In this document: piece after piece, positions 24,998-37,009 of the stretch
Layout of the letters: every line of letters begins with the position of its first letter
Position numbering within the stretch: the first letter of the stretch is position 1
From: Argopecten irradians
Lineage: Eukaryota
Direction of reading: 5' to 3'
DNA: 64,000 nucleotides
Assembly (NCBI RefSeq): GCF_041381155.1
Contig: NC_091142.1
Coordinates: 29,819,528 to 29,883,527 of the forward strand
Made by a program: the position numbers and the translations under genes
The notes under the pieces: generated by a model
The model's input: only the letters and a program-made list of their open reading frames with translations
Databases searched by the model: none
What the model was told of the DNA's origin: nothing

Positions 24998-27900
24998 TTG
25001 CTGTTCTCCAACAGCTCTTGTAAATCAGACGATGACTACGTTGAATGCATTGGGAAATATTTATTCTGTAATCTGATAACAATTATCTACTTTATCTAAG
25101 CGTCCTTCTGGCTACGCAACACGGAAACTTTGCTTTAATCGGATTGGATGTTCTGAAATGCATTAAATCCTATGAATACTAGATTAGATAGCTTATAAAA
25201 GACATGAATGAAACCAGCATGCTATTATATTTGCTTTTACTTCTGAGGATAGGATGGATAAATTTAAAATGTTCTACTAGATTGAATCTCTTCAGATCAT
25301 GTTTCTCTTGCATGCATTTGTATAAACAATTCTCTATACTTTGAAAGCATATATGTACATGGCCAAAACTTACAGAACGACCGTTTGAAATCATGGACAC
25401 AATTAATTTGTTGTTGGAAAACTGAAGTCATTATTTTTCTTTTTTTTTTGTACAAATGTTATTAAATTGTTAATGTTGACGATGGCTTGTTGTTTGGTTT
25501 AACCGAGATTCTAGTGACGTAATGAATCGTCTTTTGTCCCTCGTCGTTCAAACAGAAAAATATGCTTACAACTTTTCTAACGCGAACTAATTTGAAATAT
25601 ATATCTTCTAAACGGCACAAATAACACAATCGTTTATTGGGAACCGCCTCCTCCCATCCCCCCTCCCAAAAAAAAACACACCAAAAAAAACCCCCAACAA
25701 CCCACAAACAATTGACCAATTAAAAAGCTGGTGTAGTTTCAAGAGATCTTAAGGATGCACCAAACTAGGCTAGATAATAGGCACTGTCCATACGTAGGGT
25801 TTATAAATGTGTAATGGCAATGTAAATATAATAATAATAAGGAAAACAGAAGAAACCTAACAAGTACTACCCTAAAATGAATCTGTAATACTATTACGTT
25901 CTGAATTTGACTACATTTACATTAATTGTAATGTAATCAATTTCATGGGTGTCCATTAGATAGGGGTTATCTATGGGTTGACGGGCAATATATATACTCG
26001 TATGATTGTTGTATGCTTGTCAACCGATAGTTCGCCTTATGTAGGAGAGCGATGTTTATAAGGTCGTCTTACTGTGAAAATCCGCCGCAAAATAGCCCGA
26101 GCCCATGTGTTACTGTATGTTTGGTACAGAACATGGCCAATACCATTGTTAGAAACCCTTCCTTATTGTAAGCATCACAAACACCTGACAGAATGTTTCT
26201 TTCTTTGGTAGGCAAAAATGCAATTTTTTGAGAAAAAAAGATGTTGATTAGAAATCAGTTCTCACATTGTATATACAGAAAATCTAACGAGGGAGCTAGT
26301 CGTCGATATTTTAAATTATTTATTACAATACGCCAAGTCTATTTTATTTCAGTATCAATGTACCGACACGGAGGTCGGTAAATATGCTGTAAATTTTTAA
26401 AGGGTCATTGACATACATGATCAGCCACAAAAATATATTTTGTAAAGAAATTGTTCCGCAACTCAATGTTTCAAAGGGCTTCATACTTACGTTGACTTAA
26501 CAGCAAGCGATTTGTTATCTTCTTTCATTATTAACACTTTTATCATATAAATTATACATACTACAACAACCGGATATTGGTATAACCAGACATTTTATCA
26601 GTTTTAGTTAACCTTGGCGAATTATGTAAGTTGACTTTGCAATCCTCCATGGTTACACTAAAAATGTCTTCCTGACTGATATGGTTCAATGTCGGCGTTA
26701 TGGATTTCACAGTACGTGATGTCCTAGGTCTCAAATTATCTTCAGACGTGACCATTTTGGTCATATCTTTTCATAAAATTGGCCATAAGAAATGCAAATC
26801 TTCTTTATTACTATTAAATTTCATTTTAATACGATACCAAATGTTTCTTTTTCACAATTTGTTGAGACCCAAGTTTCACAAATGTTGCTTAATTTTAGGA
26901 AATTTTCCATCGTAAAGTATCATTGAAATTCCGTATAATTCTTAAGTTAGTTAACATTTAAAAGTTACACACGTGAAGAAATAATAAGGAAACTGGTCCA
27001 GATCATGCAGTGTTTTCGAGCATAGGCAAAACAGGCCATGTCAATCGGGCGAAACGAAATTGTGAAGCACCGGAGACAGTCTGGTCTTTAACTGAACGCT
27101 AAAACATCCGGATAAGACGGTGAGAAGTTCTACTTCAGTCTGTAACATATGGCATGTGTGGTGCATGTATCGAGTAGTAGCTACACACATACATGTTTAG
27201 TAACGGCAGTGAAGTACAGCATGATGTGTCAGATTGTATGATAAACTAAACAATTCACTATGTCTCCGAAATGGAACACATGTGTGTAGGGGGTATAATA
27301 AAAACTGCTGGGAAATGATTTATAAGCAAAATTCTTTAGCTAGCAGAACGAGATGGACGAAGCAGGATTTTTTGTTCTGTTGTGATGCTAGTTTAAAAGA
27401 GCGGAGCTCTTTATCAGCATTCGATCTGCTCTAGACAGTCACAGTGACGAGTACTTGCAGCCATCGTTCGTCTTGTCAGGCCACAGTTAACTAGCGTAGA
27501 TTCGCGGTAATCTCCTGAGGCCAAACTGCTTAATCATGCCGGTAAGGATCCACAGATGTCGCGGAAATCAGCAGCACTACTGCCAGACGGCCGGGCCCGT
27601 GCTGTGTCAATGGTACATACACTGTAAATGCTTGGTGAAGATTTTAACGCAGATGGAAATGCATGGTTTAAATCAGTATTTAATAAGACCTTTTGACCAG
27701 CTAATCCGACGGAAAACAGAACTTGGAACTGGTTCAAAAATCCATATCCAGGGCATTATATATATGAATATGAAGTATCCTTTACCTACTGTAAAAGTGG
27801 ATAGTTGCGCGAGGGTTTAATTTCGCAATTTGCTCAAATAAACGTTTCGCGATATTATGTTTTGTGATAAATACACCTGCTAACTTTTTGTAACACAGAT

Positions 27901-28404
27901 TTATATACCCGGTTACGTGTGGGAGATTGTTTCACCCTGAAATTAACGCTCTTCGCGTAAGTAATTAGCGAAAATTCCTCTTCGCGTTAATTTCCACGTA
28001 TACAGTATATTACTGATATCTATCTTGGCCATTGTTTATAGTGTAAGAATTTGTCCATTAAAAACATTCACACAGAATCAGTGGATGAAAATCAAAGAAT
28101 TCCACAGGGTGCTCCGACAACATTTAAAACGAATGGTACACAAGACTAATTCATTATAATATATTTCCATATTCATCCATTTGACTGCTTCCTCTGCAGG
28201 GAATATAAAATGATGGTATACATAAGTCAAAATTTAAAACAAACTCATCTACATGTATTACCAATATATATTTCAATCAATCAAAAAATAATAATTAACA
28301 AACATATTAAACATAATTACCCGTTCCATTACGTGATTAGGTTATGGCACTATAGTTGTTAACAAATCGTGTAATTATATATGATGTAAACCAACTTGTT
28401 TTCG

Positions 28405-28860
28405 TAGCGACTTTTCGCGTCTCTCAATGCTAATAGTTTTCCAAGCCACTTTTCGCGTCTCCCAATGCTAATGGTTTTCCAAGCGACTTTTCGCGTCTCC
28501 CAATGCTAAAAGTTTTCCAAGCGACTTTTTCGCGTCTCTCATGCTTATGGCTTTTCCGAGCGATTTTTCGCGTCTTCCAATGCTGATGGTTTTCCAAGCG
28601 ACTTTTCGCTTCTTCCAATGCTAATGGTTTTCCAAGCGACTTTTCGCGTCTTCCAATGCTAATAGCTTCCCAAGCGAATTTCGCGTCTTCCAATGCAAAT
28701 GGCTTTCCAAGAAACTTTTGCGTCTTCCAATGCCGGTGGCTGTTCTAAGCAACTTTTTGCGTCTTCCAATGCTAATGGCTTTCCAAGCGACTTTTCGCGT
28801 CTTCCAATGCTAATGGATTTCCAGTCGACCTTTTTTGCGATTTCGAGTCATTTGGTTCTA
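28405..28860. repeat. Minisatellite of about 11 copies of a 38-39 bp unit (gttttccaagcgacttttcgcgtcttccaatgctaatg).
   Basis: The tandem copies are visible directly. ORF 28430..28693(-) is a repeat artefact. Confidence 0.85.
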
Positions 28861-30212
28861 CTCAATCTACGTTGAAAGAGTTTTGCGACATTGTGCTTTT
28901 CGCGATCTCTAATCGCCGGCGCATACACGAATTTCAATTGCGCTTGAAAATAAGTCAGTTTACAGTGATTGGTTGATAAGTAGGTCTGCTACATCATTTC
29001 AATAAAATATTCATAAATCTTTGTTCTGTTTAGTTATAAGTAAATATTATTTGACATGTGTATTACAAAATCATTGTTTCTGTTCTTGGCATCATCATCG
29101 TTAATTCAAATCTCGAATAAAAAAAAACCATGATTCTACATAATTTATACATTTTGCTTATAATGACCTTCGCAGAAGCATTCAAAAGCCGCAACCAATT
29201 AAAACAAAGAAAACGTTATGATTAAATCAATCGTCGTATCAACCTTAAAGCAACAAACGCCAAATTGGATGCACATTGTAGAGTGTAAAGATTGTTATAT
29301 TCATTGGATTGTATTTGCAAATACATGTATAAAGCATTATGATCGTTCATTTTCGTTTCAACAAATTATTTTGCGAAAGCCACAAGAATTTAGCCTTGAT
29401 CATGCATGGCCTATTTAAACCATCTCCGAACTATTATCGTCACTGAAATAAACAAGATTATACTGATTGATCAAAAATAAAGATGGGTTGTACAGTACAT
29501 CACTGAAAAATTCTATACCAGCACTTGAAAAGTCTTCATCTTCTCTCCATCACTTGAATTAATTTTGATATTTCACCGGCAAAATGATCAATAACCTACT
29601 AAAGCATAGTCAAATACAAATTCTATAAAATACCAGCAACACATGATATCTCTACAATCTGTAACATTTCCCTCAATTCAATACACGTAAAGATTTATAC
29701 GAAATAGAATCCCTGTAAAACCTAATATTCCCTTTTTAATAATCACGCGTAGATGTTATCAACAGCCTTACAATAGTTACTTTATTGAAGGTATTACATG
29801 TTTATTAAAGCTCAGATGAAGTAGTGATTACTTAAAGCATTCACAATTGAAATCAATCGCAAATGCATTTTGAAAATATGTATCTAAAAGAAATTAATTT
29901 CGGAGATACGAGTTCAGTAAACATTAACTAAACTTGTATTGATGAGAATATTATTTTAAGGAGTACTGGATTTAAAAAAATATCATTTTGTGTTCGTTGG
30001 TTACTTTGACTTATGTGAAATATATTTTGGACGTGACAATGAGAATCACAGAGCAGTATGATTTTGCTGGATTAGATGTGTTGAGGTGAGTTGTTAACCA
30101 TGCGAGTCGACATTCGGAAGTAAATCATTGTCTACTTCTCGATCTGATCCTCCTTTGATCTCTTCCCCCACTCTGTAAATCCTCCCTGTAATTAAAATAA
30201 CAGATTTTAGTT

Positions 30213-30552
30213 AAAGATGCTCCACCGCTGACAAATGTTATTTTTTCACTATCAAAAACAGGAGCAGAAGATTTAGTATTTTTCTTCAATTACAAAAGTT
30301 ACCTACTTTACACTATTACCACCATTAAAAAGTTTGAGCTTCAATTTTACTTTGATTGCATCCCGAAAAAAAATCCGTGACACTATATCCAATTATGAAG
30401 TACTTATTGCGCATGCACCAAAAGGAATATTAATTATTTTATATTTTATATCATTTTTGTGTCAATTAGACATACGTATACACGATTAAACACCAATTAT
30501 TGTTCGAATGATGAGTATCAATTATGCTCTGTTGTCGGTGGAGCATCTTTAA
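30213..30552 (-). mobile_element. TTAA-flanked MITE of about 340 bp with terminal inverted repeat (TIR) AGATGCTCCACCGCTGACAA, copy 1.
   Basis: It has perfect 20-bp TIRs and TTAA on both sides, and an AT-rich non-coding interior. Confidence 0.75.
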
Positions 30553-32640
30553 ATAACAGATTTTAGTTAAATAACATATTTGAATTGTATGACTAACGAT
30601 ATAAGCATGTATCAAAAATCGCAATGCTATTCAGAACATGTGAAGCCTAGCTAATTTGTTGATAAACTATAATATTAAAACAAGAAGAAATAATTCAAGG
30701 GAAGCACTAGGCATGAATGAGATAAATAATCCAACGAATTTCCAAGTTTATTTTAATAATCATCCACATGATAAGTCAACCTGTCTAGAAAGAACCCATG
30801 GGACAAAGAAATGAGTCTTGTAGTCCAGTAAATGTAGGTCAACTTGCATTATAATTGGAAATTTTGACTCCAACAAAGTTGTTCTGTTAAGCAGATGTTT
30901 TTTTACACCCATTTTCCCCCCCCCCCTTCTGTTAAGCAGATGGTTTTTTTACACAGAGATTGTCGCTAAGGTAGGCTTTATTGTATTTAATAAACAGAAT
31001 AATCAAGTATAATGACAGAGGTTATTGTAGAAGACTCTTTTCAACTGGTATTATTGGTACGGCGTATCAAAAGCAATAGACGCTTGTATAAGATTTCTCC
31101 CATTAGCTTTCTCCCCAACACTGTCTTCGGAAACAGAAAGCGGCTATTACCACATTTAACACTTCGTGTGCTGTAGGGGAGTGTGTAGATGTCTGTGTCT
31201 GTGTGTTGTAGTATAGAGAATATCTCGAGTTAACAGAGCAGTGCTACGTCTGTCTACCAGCTCACAATGAAACTCGACCGCGGTCAACCAATACCACAAC
31301 ATTCGTACAGCCGTACAGTCTAAATGACAAATGCGTCAATGGCGGATGAAGCAGACGTTGAAGCGCTCGTATTCTCTTTCTTCTCTGTAATCCAGGATTT
31401 CTTTCATTTTAAACCCCTTTGTAGAATCCAATTCTAACCCCTTACGCATTGAAAAATGTTCTATATGATCAGAATTAATGTAGCTTTCTTCAGTAAGCCC
31501 TATTGTTGCATCCATGTTTGAAATACATGCAGCAATTATTTGTATTCCTGTATTATTCCGAATGGTACTGTGAAGTAGATATTTTTGTGTAAATTCTTCA
31601 TCACATTATATGAATACGTACATTGAATATTGAACCAGGATTCGATAGTGATATTATAGGGAATAAGTGTTAAATCATAGGGAATGGGTGTTAAATCATT
31701 CATCCAACTCCATTCTCATTGATCATGCAAATTCAATAGTGAAATGGAGTTGGTTTAGTGAAATCTTAGAAACTCTACTCTTCTTTGTCTGTATAGAGTA
31801 CAACCGACACATAAGTGTTTTGAGCAGCTGACGGAAGCGGCACTGAATTCGTCTGTCAATGTTCATCCTGCAGAACTTCATTTGACTTAACTGAGTGATT
31901 TTCCGTCTGCACCAAGCCAATTCAAATCAGAAATCAATAACACGCGAATGGAAATCACAGTGAAATGATAGCCATGTTTTCTGCTTCTAATGACAACCTA
32001 TGTCACCAATTTATCAACCAAAATTCATTCATTCCAACTCAAAGCTACATTGTACGTAATATCTAATAGCTGATATTAGTGATGCTTGGTCCTGACGAGA
32101 TTCGGTAAAAAAGTTTCTGTTGTCGAGTTCAGTTACCAATAGACTCTTTTCATACAGCATAAAAAGAAAACTGCACCATATCCGAGGTGCTGCGATTGCA
32201 TAAATAGAATGTGGACATCTATCGGTTTTCTTACACAGAACAGTAAGATGTTTCACATTACCAACATAGTACTTTGACTTTAATTGGAGATTAGATAGAT
32301 GGATTACAAGTACATGTATATGAAAGGGAAAATGAACACCGACATCGAATTTGAGAAGCTGCCTATCCATCAAGAACACCATTATGAATCTGGACAATAT
32401 GACAGAATCTCTTATCTCGATAGTGTTATCGTTCGTGAAGACAAAAAAATATATGAAGCCTCTATTAGAACCAGAAACCATAAGTATACTTAATGGACAC
32501 AAAGAAAAATTAAAAATATACTGCAATTCATGTCAATAGTGTACATACATGTTAGTCACTAAATGTCTAGAGATTGTGAGGCGACATTGGCTAGTTCATA
32601 TTGCAGTACTTGAATGAATATCACGGTTATAGATACTGAA

Positions 32641-32905
32641 AAGGTAATGGATAAGGTCCAAGTACTCGATTAATACCAAATCACTGTCATTGTCAAAATG
32701 AGTCAGTCTGAAGGTCAAAGTACTCGATAAATAAAACATGTATAAATACTTGCATATATAGTAAACCGAAATATTGTTATTGCCACAAAGAGTCAGTCTG
32801 AATGTCAAAGCACTCGATAAATACCACATGTATAAATACTTACGTGGTAAACAGAAACATTGTCATTACCACAAAGAGCTGCTGTGAAGGCCAAAGTACA
32901 CGATG
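32641..32905 (-). repeat. Roughly 88-bp minisatellite made from the 3' half of sulfurtransferase exon 6 plus its donor site. There is one intact copy, two degenerate copies and one partial copy.
   Basis: The direct repeats are ATCG(T/A)GT(A/G)CTTTG(G/A)CCTTCA…TTTGTGG(T/C)AAT(G/A)ACAAT…GTTTAC…AAGTATTTATACATG. ORF 32596..32829(-) reads through the decayed copies (…ALTFRLTLCGNNNISVYY…). Confidence 0.8.
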
Positions 32906-32968
32906 ACATGCCACTGTTACAATAACAGGCTATGGGTTTAGACAGGTCTACGCCAGCCGTGCTAAATT
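32844..32968 (-). CDS. Sulfurtransferase exon 6, the catalytic-loop exon: EFSTAGVDLSKPIACYCNSGMSSCTLAFTAALCGNDNVSVYH. The catalytic Cys is followed by N-S-G, which is MPST-like (CGSGVTA) rather than TST-like (CRKGVTA).
   Basis: Compare human [36 protein letters not shown]. The acceptor is gtctgcag|AATT and the donor is CAC|GTAAGT. A final exon of roughly 35 aa was not located. Confidence 0.8.
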
Positions 32969-33479
32969 CTGCAGACAATTAAAACAAACATTCAAAGAGC
33001 ACCTTCAACACTTTACAAAAATGTCATGAATTTAGTGCTAATTCACATTGGCTATCAATGCAATGCTGATTCATTTATAATTAGTCAACATCTATGAGTT
33101 TGTATAATTTTTGTCTATGATAATAATCTATCTAGAAGAAATATAGCTAGTGTTTCATAGATCTCATGACAGTATGGTAGCCTATATAGCTAGCTACTCT
33201 ATGTACCTAAACCCATCGGAACCCGGAAACGAATACTGTGATGAAACAGAGCGTTGAAAACCGATAAAAAGACCTCGACGATAGGTTACAGGTAATATTA
33301 AGAACCAATTTAACGTGTACTGGATTAAGAACCAATTTAACGTTGACCTTAATTCCCCATTTTTCAAATCTTGTTTCCCAATAAGTAGCATATTACAAGT
33401 ATCCTTGATTCATCAACGCCTAAAGCATGGTATTAAAATGAAATTATAACTTGAAGTCGTCATAACACCACGTGAATAC

Positions 33480-33578
33480 CTTTTTTAAGACCGTCTAAAT
33501 CTTTCAGTGTCCCATTTTGAGTATTAAGTAAGGCAGACATCGGTAGATTCTTTGCTCCTTTTATGTGCCCAGCGCTTT
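33480..33578 (-). CDS. Sulfurtransferase exon 5: ESAGHIKGAKNLPMSALLNTQNGTLKDLDGLKK.
   Basis: Compare human [38 protein letters not shown]. The acceptor is tttgcag|AAAGC and the donor is AAAAAAG|GTATTC. Confidence 0.8.
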
Positions 33579-34811
33579 CTGCAAAAAATAAATTTCAAAT
33601 AAAATCATTTCTTACAAACATTGATTGCAATACTTTATGATCGTTAAGAATGTCTGAACAATAAAAATTGTTAAATAAGTAAATGTGATATAATACCTTA
33701 ATAATAATACCTTCGTCATACTCAGCGTTAAGAGATCAAACTACCGGGAGATAGCTTCATATAATGACTTCCATCCTAGTTAGCGGTTTCGTTGTTTCTT
33801 TTTTTGTTGTTTTTATATCTTTGTTACATATTGAAGGATCTGACCGAATAGATGGTTCTTAACACAAAACACGCGCGAAGCAGTTAATAATGAGAACTGA
33901 TTTTTGCTGAAGAACGAATTCTAAATATGATAGAGGTATTTCAAATGATTTTTCTGTAATATCCATTCTTATAGGTACATGTGTATATGTAGTAAATGAA
34001 AGCATAATTTTACTGAGACTTTTGTGAACATTATTAAGAGTCAGAACTGAATGTTATAACACAAGTAGATTTGTTCTGGTTCACATAGAATAAATAAACG
34101 AAAATTAAGAGCAATGATATTCCAATTTATTACTGAAATAAAGTTTAATTAATATCAAAAATAAACATAACATTCACACGATTTTGATGATGGCGAGTAC
34201 CCCTACGACAAACACTAGTCAACCATTCTACAATGTATTGTATTATGCTAGTTACAGCTAATAATGAACAGTATTACTTAAGACCATGGCCCAAGATCAT
34301 GAAATGGTCTGAATTCGAAAACAGCTAAGTTTATACCTATTAGCCAATCACAGATGATGTTACAAAATGTGATTTTTTTGATTGGCTAACTTAAGTCTAA
34401 CAGTGTTTCATGATCCTGGGGCCTGTTTAATCAATGATGCAGCAAAATCACTCTATTATGTGATAATTCTGCAACATGAAGCTGGTCATTAATGAAAAGT
34501 TGAAATTTTAAAATTGGAAAATAAGATTTAACGACTGAATTATTCAATGTTATCTTTAAATTGGAAAACAAGCTTTATGGGTATTAAATCAAGAAAGACT
34601 AATCAGACGCTAAGATGTGTCAGGTATATACACATATGATTACATAGTGGCCGTAGTTGTCGTCAGAAACCTCAAATGAATATCATTTGACAGGGCTTCC
34701 CTGACCTCTGGACAGCATAGTGGTCATGGAAGGTTATGGTAACACCGTACATAGGAAGCCACAGGGCACTGCAGATATGGTCACCTACATGTGGTTAACA
34801 GGAACACATAC

Positions 34812-34938
34812 CTGGCCCGGAGTATTTAGAGGACGGTCTACTGTCACACACTTGACGGTCTGATGATGTCAAATTATTGACCATCGTGTCAAAGGTCAGT
34901 CGTATATTATCATCAGATTTACAGGTGAAGTCTCCTTT
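34812..34938 (-). CDS. Sulfurtransferase exon 4: KGDFTCKSDDNIRLTFDTMVNNLTSSDRQVCDSRPSSKYSGP(G).
   Basis: The acceptor is ttttcag|AAAGG and the donor is CCAG|GTATGT. Confidence 0.7.
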
Positions 34939-35843
34939 CTGAAAATAAAGCAATGTGATAAACTCATGTTCTCAGTAATGCATTTCCTCACACACATTTT
35001 ATTTCCCCTTTTCACTCCATTACAAACATAGTCAACGGTTTTACACACAGATTAGTTAAAGTTGACATTGAAAACGTATAAAATATACATTACAGTTGTG
35101 CTTTTATTCTTTAGTTTTGTAAGCACTACTATCTATGGTATTTTGTCAACAAAGACTGAAACCTTACTTGCAATTCCACATCAGATTCATGGCTGCAGAC
35201 TTTTCTTTCGGGGAAGTAAGGTCACTGGGCAAAATGAAGTACATAGATTTCTGTTTCTATCAACCTACCCTATGTGTAATTACTTAAAGTGTACCCATAA
35301 CGATTATCAATATAAAGTATGAAAAGGCAATGTAATGTGAGACAATGAATGAAGAAAGTATTATTAACTGACTAACAGTTGAAGTACATGTAAAAACCGA
35401 GCGCTTCACAGGGCGATGCTTCGGTAATAAACCGACTGATTTTGATGTTCACTTCAATATTCTTGTCAGGCAGCCAAACAAAATAATAAACCCAAATATA
35501 ATCTCATATAGGGTTGTTTAAAAGGTTGTATCTCTAAGACACATGTTTTTACACTAGATGCAATGCCATATGGAGTCTTACATATCAACTAAGACAAGGT
35601 TGACTTACTTTTATTTCTGGTACAACCTTCATTGGTGTCACTGAATAAGACATGTATTTGACAAGAGAAATCCTTCTAACTAGACACAGCATGAGCTGCA
35701 GAATTCCATTTTTCAAAACCTACCTTTGCTTTACATATGTACTCACATTTATTAAATCAGAATGGCTGCAGACTTATTAATGAAATTATTTCACAACAGA
35801 GTGTTCTACGGTGGAATATTAACTTCCATTTCCGCTAACCTAC

Positions 35844-35939
35844 CTTCGGGGTAGGTATTTCAGTAGATACAGGGTAGCCTGAAGACTTCCATTTCTGCCA
35901 ACCACCGTTCAGGATGGACACGTCTTTATGGCCGAAAAG
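35844..35939 (-). CDS. Sulfurtransferase exon 3: LFGHKDVSILNGGWQKWKSSGYPVSTEIPTPK.
   Basis: The acceptor is ttttcag|CTT and the donor is CCGAAG|GTAGGT. Compare human [27 protein letters not shown]. Confidence 0.8.
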
Positions 35940-36197
35940 CTGAAAAATAAAACATATCGGCATAATGTCTAATTGTTCGATTGCTTCTTTGATCTTCAAT
36001 AATCAATAATTAAATGTACACAAGTTAACATTGAAACAATTACGACATCTTTCTATGCTCCAGTGCTTTGCAGATGTCATGCGCCACTCAAAAGTATAGC
36101 CCAAAGAAAAAGAACGACATCTCCTCTAGAAGACTAGATACAATAATCAAGAGTGGGACTATTCATAACAACAATAGACACGGACTGTGTATAGCAC

Positions 36198-36399
36198 CTT
36201 AAATGTCCACCAAGCACGACCCGAGAGGAAGAATCCACATGCGTCCGAGTCGCTGTATATGATGACGTGAGTGTCACTGTCCACTCCAGCAGCTCTGACG
36301 CTTTCCTGAAAGGCTTCCACATCCGGGATGTTACGGGGAAACATGTCCGTGTGTTTCCCTTCCATTACACTGAGGTATGACGCCCCGGGAACATGTTCC
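36198..36399 (-). CDS. Sulfurtransferase exon 2: TEHVPGASYLSVMEGKHTDMFPRNIPDVEAFQESVRAAGVDSDTHVIIYSDSDACGFFLSGRAWWTFK.
   Basis: This is the rhodanese domain-1 signature. Compare human ERHVPGASFFDIEE…[26 protein letters not shown]. It overlaps ORF 36159..36410(-). Confidence 0.85.
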
Positions 36400-36881
36400 C
36401 TGAAAAGCAAAAAGGGAGCGTCTGCTGTATGTTTAGGACGGGAGAAGAAAAGACTTAAAGAAGGTAAGGAACCTTTCTTACCTTATTTTTCCCCCTTAAC
36501 TTATGTAATGTCTTTCCATATGGACAATTTCAAGTTAATACAGGATTCTTTAGAGTTGTTGATGAAATTGGATAATGACATCGTGTAATAGACTTAATTG
36601 TAGCATCCATGCTTGAATTTTAATAAAGAAATGAGTGGGTATATTTTCTCCCATACTCCCGTGGTTACTAGGGAAAAGATCATATTAATCTTACACATGG
36701 AGACGTAATACAACTCGGATTGAGATATTTTTCAGTATCAACAGTTAGTGGCATACAAACTCCACGGATCGAAGCATTTAGTAAGGAAAACTAGCAAGAG
36801 ATGGAAGGATGGGTGATAGTCCACGTGATGGACTTGGTGGGCTGATGACAACTATACATGGAGTGAAGAAGAACTACTTAC

Positions 36882-37009
36882 GTGTTGTAGTGTTCTTTCA
36901 TGTCTTTACTGCTTGACCAGGAAACGTCCAAGATGACCACCTTGTCCAGGTCTCCCTTGGTGATTCTTTCATTCAACCAGTCCACGTTTACTAGGTAAGA
37001 TTGGCTCAT
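36882..37009 (-). CDS. Tandem-rhodanese sulfurtransferase (3-mercaptopyruvate / thiosulfate sulfurtransferase family), exon 1: MSQSYLVNVDWLNERITKGDLDKVVILDVSWSSSKDMKEHYN….
   Basis: The start ATG is the reverse complement of 37007-37009, and the donor is ACAC|GTAAGT. The peptide is collinear with the human TST N-terminus (…[20 protein letters not shown]). Confidence 0.75.

Noticed and set aside
27526-27560. ATGCCG|GTAAGG as the first exon of a gene next to a CpG-rich stretch (27340-27990)
   Set aside because: The same motif recurs at 3841 and near 21310, so it is more likely a repeat terminus. The CpG-rich stretch remains unexplained.
28405-28860. CRISPR-like regular repeats
   Set aside because: The context is eukaryotic. 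The repeats are contiguous with no unique spacers, and there are no cas genes. It is a minisatellite.
32029-32526. 165-aa minus-strand ORF as the sulfurtransferase terminal exon (contains …VLCKKTDRCPHSIYAIAAP…)
   Set aside because: It is out of phase with exon 6, has a low-complexity hydrophobic translation and lacks the DGSWxEW motif. It probably reads through decayed copies of the exon-derived repeat.
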